This document shows positions 61,083-64,000 of a stretch of DNA of 64,000 nt, in pieces. The stretch spans positions 1-64,000 of the forward strand of contig JAHHIM010000025.1 of assembly GCA_019358915.1 (NCBI GenBank). Direction: 5' to 3'. The first letter of the stretch is position 1. The number at the start of each line of letters is the position of its first letter. The notes beneath the pieces are model-generated. The model had not been told where the DNA came from and did no database searches. It saw nothing but the letters and a program-made list of their open reading frames with translations. Both the position numbers and the translations under genes were made by a program. This DNA comes from Trichormus sp. ATA11-4-KO1. GTDB taxonomy: Bacteria; Cyanobacteriota; Cyanobacteriia; Cyanobacteriales; Nostocaceae.

Positions 61083-62216
61083 ATGAATCAAAGATATTTG
61101 TGGACTATTGTCGCCCTGTTTCTGACTGCTTTGGGGATGCCCTTAGTCGGTCACACTCAAACTACTAAGGCAAAGGAAACCACTCCAGTTTCCCAAGAAT
61201 CATCAGTTAGTGATGTAGTCAAAGTAGGAGAGTTTCAATCCTCGGCAGGGAAACGTACCTCGGATGCTGTGATTACAAACATTCATCCTCACAATATTGG
61301 AGGTCGGAAGGCGGCAACCCTGTTTATCAAAAATATTCCAGTTCTCACCTTTTTAAGTTCTCAGCCAGTTGCGAGTGTTGATACGAAAGTTGGAGAAGTT
61401 GGAGATAATGAGGGCGTACAATCGTATGCCCTTATTGCTGGTGACTCAGCCAAATTGACCAGTGTGGGGAATTTAACAAATGCGAGAAATCAAAAAAGCT
61501 CGCCTCAAGATGACCCGGTGCATAGAGCTGGTTTAATAGCAGCTAATATCAACCAGCTAGTCCGAAACGGTATGGATGCCGAACAGATTACTGTTAGTTG
61601 GAAGGGCGAGAACAAATCTACAGTTACCAATCCAGTAGAGAACAAAAACGCCTCTGTCCAACAAAAACCAAGCGTTAGCAAAGCTCCTCCCAAGGAAGCT
61701 CGCTATACGATCAAAATCAATGACCAAGAATTGGTGGAAATTAATCAAAATACCCGGCTAGCAGGTACCACCAAAAATCTCGCAGAAGATGCATTGCAAG
61801 CAACCAATCGTTTGCGGAGACTCATCGGCAATGCATCTCCCATCAATGAAATTGCTAACTTACCAGTACGCGCACCAATTTCCTTGCCCAAGCCAGCACA
61901 ACAAATTGCTACCAATGTGCGACTTAGTTTTCAAGGCATAGCTTCCTTTTACGGTCGGGATTTTGCTGGCAGACCAACTGCGACTGGTGAGAGGTTTAAT
62001 CCAGAAGCCATGACCGCCGCCCATCGTAGTTTACCCTTTGGGACGCGAGTCCGGGTCACCAACACCCGCAATGGTCGTTCTGTCGTGGTGCGAATCAATG
62101 ACCGTGGCCCATTCATCCGGGGTCGAGTGATCGATTTATCTACTGGTGCAGCTCGATCTATAGGCATGATCAGTAGTGGTGTAGCACCTGTGAAGATTGA
62201 AGTCCTGGGTCGTTAA
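61083..62216 (+). CDS. rlpA: RlpA family lytic transglycosylase
   Basis: [38 protein letters not shown]. Confidence 0.9.
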   Translation: MNQRYLWTIVALFLTALGMPLVGHTQTTKAKETTPVSQESSVSDVVKVGEFQSSAGKRTSDAVITNIHPHNIGGRKAATLFIKNIPVLTFLSSQPVASVDTKVGEVGDNEGVQSYALIAGDSAKLTSVGNLTNARNQKSSPQDDPVHRAGLIAANINQLVRNGMDAEQITVSWKGENKSTVTNPVENKNASVQQKPSVSKAPPKEARYTIKINDQELVEINQNTRLAGTTKNLAEDALQATNRLRRLIGNASPINEIANLPVRAPISLPKPAQQIATNVRLSFQGIASFYGRDFAGRPTATGERFNPEAMTAAHRSLPFGTRVRVTNTRNGRSVVVRINDRGPFIRGRVIDLSTGAARSIGMISSGVAPVKIEVLGR

Positions 62217-62411
62217 TCATTAGGTACTTCAAGTTTTTCTAAAATCAGGGATCAGAGGACAAGGGGACAAGAAAAATTAAAGCCAAACTATCTCCCCATC
62301 CCCCATCTCCGCATCCCCCCAATTCTTAATTCCCCTAGTTCAAGTGTTTCTTCCCCCTATTTCAGATATAAACTAACGGGTGAGAGGCTTAAAAAGAACT
62401 AGGGGAATTTT

Positions 62412-64000
62412 GTGCGCCTGCTGACAACAGTCGCAGCTTTACGCTGCTATTTAACTAAACGCTGCTCAGAAAATAAGCTTACGGTTCCAGAGGAACTGGG
62501 AATAGATGAAATGGCTAGCTGGTATCAGACAGCTGTTGGTCTAGTCCCAACGATGGGAGGGTTGCATCAAGGTCATTTAAGCTTGATTGAAAGAGCGCGG
62601 CAAGAAAATTCCACGGTGATTGTCAGTATTTTCGTCAATCCCCTGCAATTTGCTCCACATGAAGATTATGAACGTTATCCACGTACTTTAGAGCAAGACC
62701 AACAACTTTGCACACAGGCAGGGGTGGATGCAATTTTTGCACCGACTCCGGAAGAAATGGGTGTTCCTCAGAAAAGTATACAAGAATCTAAAGTTACACA
62801 AGTAACACCGCCATCTGCTATGATAACAGGCTTGTGTGGTCGTTCTCGGCTAAGTCACTTTCAGGGTGTGGCTACGATTGTGACCAAGCTTTTGAACTTG
62901 GTACAACCTGACCGAGCCTACTTTGGACAGAAAGATGGTCAGCAACTAGCTATTATTAGACGGTTGGTGGCCGACTTAAATTTGCCAGTAGATATTGTTG
63001 CTTGTCCTACAGTGCGGGAAGCGTCGGGACTCGCCTTGAGTTCTCGCAATCAATATTTGACTGCACAGGAAAAAGAGCAAGCAACGGCTTTATATCGAGG
63101 CTTAGCGCAAGCAGAAGCTGCGTTCAAGGCAGGTATTCGTGATAAAAGCAAGCTGATAGCAGTGGTACAGCAAGAATTGGCAAAGGTTAGTACTCTATTC
63201 GTGGAATATATTGAATTGGTTGAACCGACTACGTTAATGTCTTTAGAAACAGTTGAGGAGGAAGGAATGCTGGCGATCGCAGCTCGTCTTGGTTCTACAC
63301 GTTTGATTGATAATACCATCTTGAGCGATCGCCAACCCATCATCGCCATTGATGGGCCAGCTGGTGCTGGTAAATCTACGGTGGCTCGTCAAGTAGCAGC
63401 CAAGCTGGGTTTAGTGTATCTAGATACAGGCGCTATGTATCGTGCTGTTACTTGGCTAGTGCTACAACAGGGTATTGCCATTGATGATGAATGTGCGATC
63501 GCCCAATTAGCCAACCAGTGTAATATTGAACTTACTCCCAGTCGTGATTTGCAATCTCCAGTTAGGGTTTGGGTTAATGATACTGATGTTACCCAGGCAA
63601 TTCGCACCGTTGAGGTCACATCTCAAGTATCGGCAATAGCCGCACAGAGTGCTGTGCGTCAAGCACTGGTGAAAAAACAGCAAAACTGGGGTAAGAGAGG
63701 TGGTTTAGTGGCTGAAGGTCGGGACATTGGGACGCATGTATTCCCCGATGCCGAAGTGAAAATCTTCTTAACCGCCTCTGTGAATGAACGCGCCCGTCGC
63801 CGTCAGCAAGACTTTAAAAAACAGGGTCAACCCGAAGTTACTTTAGAACAGTTGAAACGGGACATTGCTGAACGTGACTGGAAAGATAGCACCCGTAAAG
63901 TTTCCCCTCTGCAAAAAGCAGCAGATGCAGTGGAAATGCAAACCGACGGTCTAAGTGTGGCTGAAGTCGCAGCACAAATTGTTAACTATTACCAACAGCG
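62412..64000 (+). CDS. panC-cmk: Bifunctional pantoate-beta-alanine ligase / cytidylate kinase (runs off the window end)
   Basis: Manual translation from GTG 62412: MRLLTTVAALR, VPTMGGLHQGH, FVNPLQF, FGQKDGQQ, ALSSRN, RLIDN, then AIDGPAGAGKST, LDTGAMYRA, EGRDIGT; absent from the ORF track. Confidence 0.96.
   Translation, partial: MRLLTTVAALRCYLTKRCSENKLTVPEELGIDEMASWYQTAVGLVPTMGGLHQGHLSLIERARQENSTVIVSIFVNPLQFAPHEDYERYPRTLEQDQQLCTQAGVDAIFAPTPEEMGVPQKSIQESKVTQVTPPSAMITGLCGRSRLSHFQGVATIVTKLLNLVQPDRAYFGQKDGQQLAIIRRLVADLNLPVDIVACPTVREASGLALSSRNQYLTAQEKEQATALYRGLAQAEAAFKAGIRDKSKLIAVVQQELAKVSTLFVEYIELVEPTTLMSLETVEEEGMLAIAARLGSTRLIDNTILSDRQPIIAIDGPAGAGKSTVARQVAAKLGLVYLDTGAMYRAVTWLVLQQGIAIDDECAIAQLANQCNIELTPSRDLQSPVRVWVNDTDVTQAIRTVEVTSQVSAIAAQSAVRQALVKKQQNWGKRGGLVAEGRDIGTHVFPDAEVKIFLTASVNERARRRQQDFKKQGQPEVTLEQLKRDIAERDWKDSTRKVSPLQKAADAVEMQTDGLSVAEVAAQIVNYYQQ

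Noticed and set aside
63050..63619. Minus-strand ORFs at the window end and similar short antisense ORFs throughout
   Set aside because: Shadows of well-supported genes on the opposite strand (here panC-cmk)

Overview
Chromosomal window from a heterocyst-type (Nostocales-like) cyanobacterium, judged from frequent HIP1 GCGATCGC, heptamer STRR arrays and genes such as psbD, ycf4, xisH/xisI and panC-cmk. Most of it is ordinary metabolism and signalling. The outstanding region is about 5159-8496. It holds a small integron: an internally deleted intI, an attI core, two attC sites and two cassettes, one carrying a BrnT/BrnA toxin-antitoxin pair. The integron sits between two roughly 97% identical copies of the 3' part of a cupin gene. 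The truncated copy begins exactly at the G|TT crossover of the last attC, and 9 of the 10 differences between the copies are silent. This fits IntI-mediated excision of the whole integron together with adjacent host DNA, followed by single-crossover integration into another allele of the host gene, i.e. transposon-free mobilisation of an entire integron (inference). Secondary observations: a second tyrosine recombinase remnant, nested small mobile repeats, repeat insertions inside coding sequences, an atypical P450, a probable pseudokinase and a candidate structured RNA. All calls come from reading the sequence; no database searches were run.
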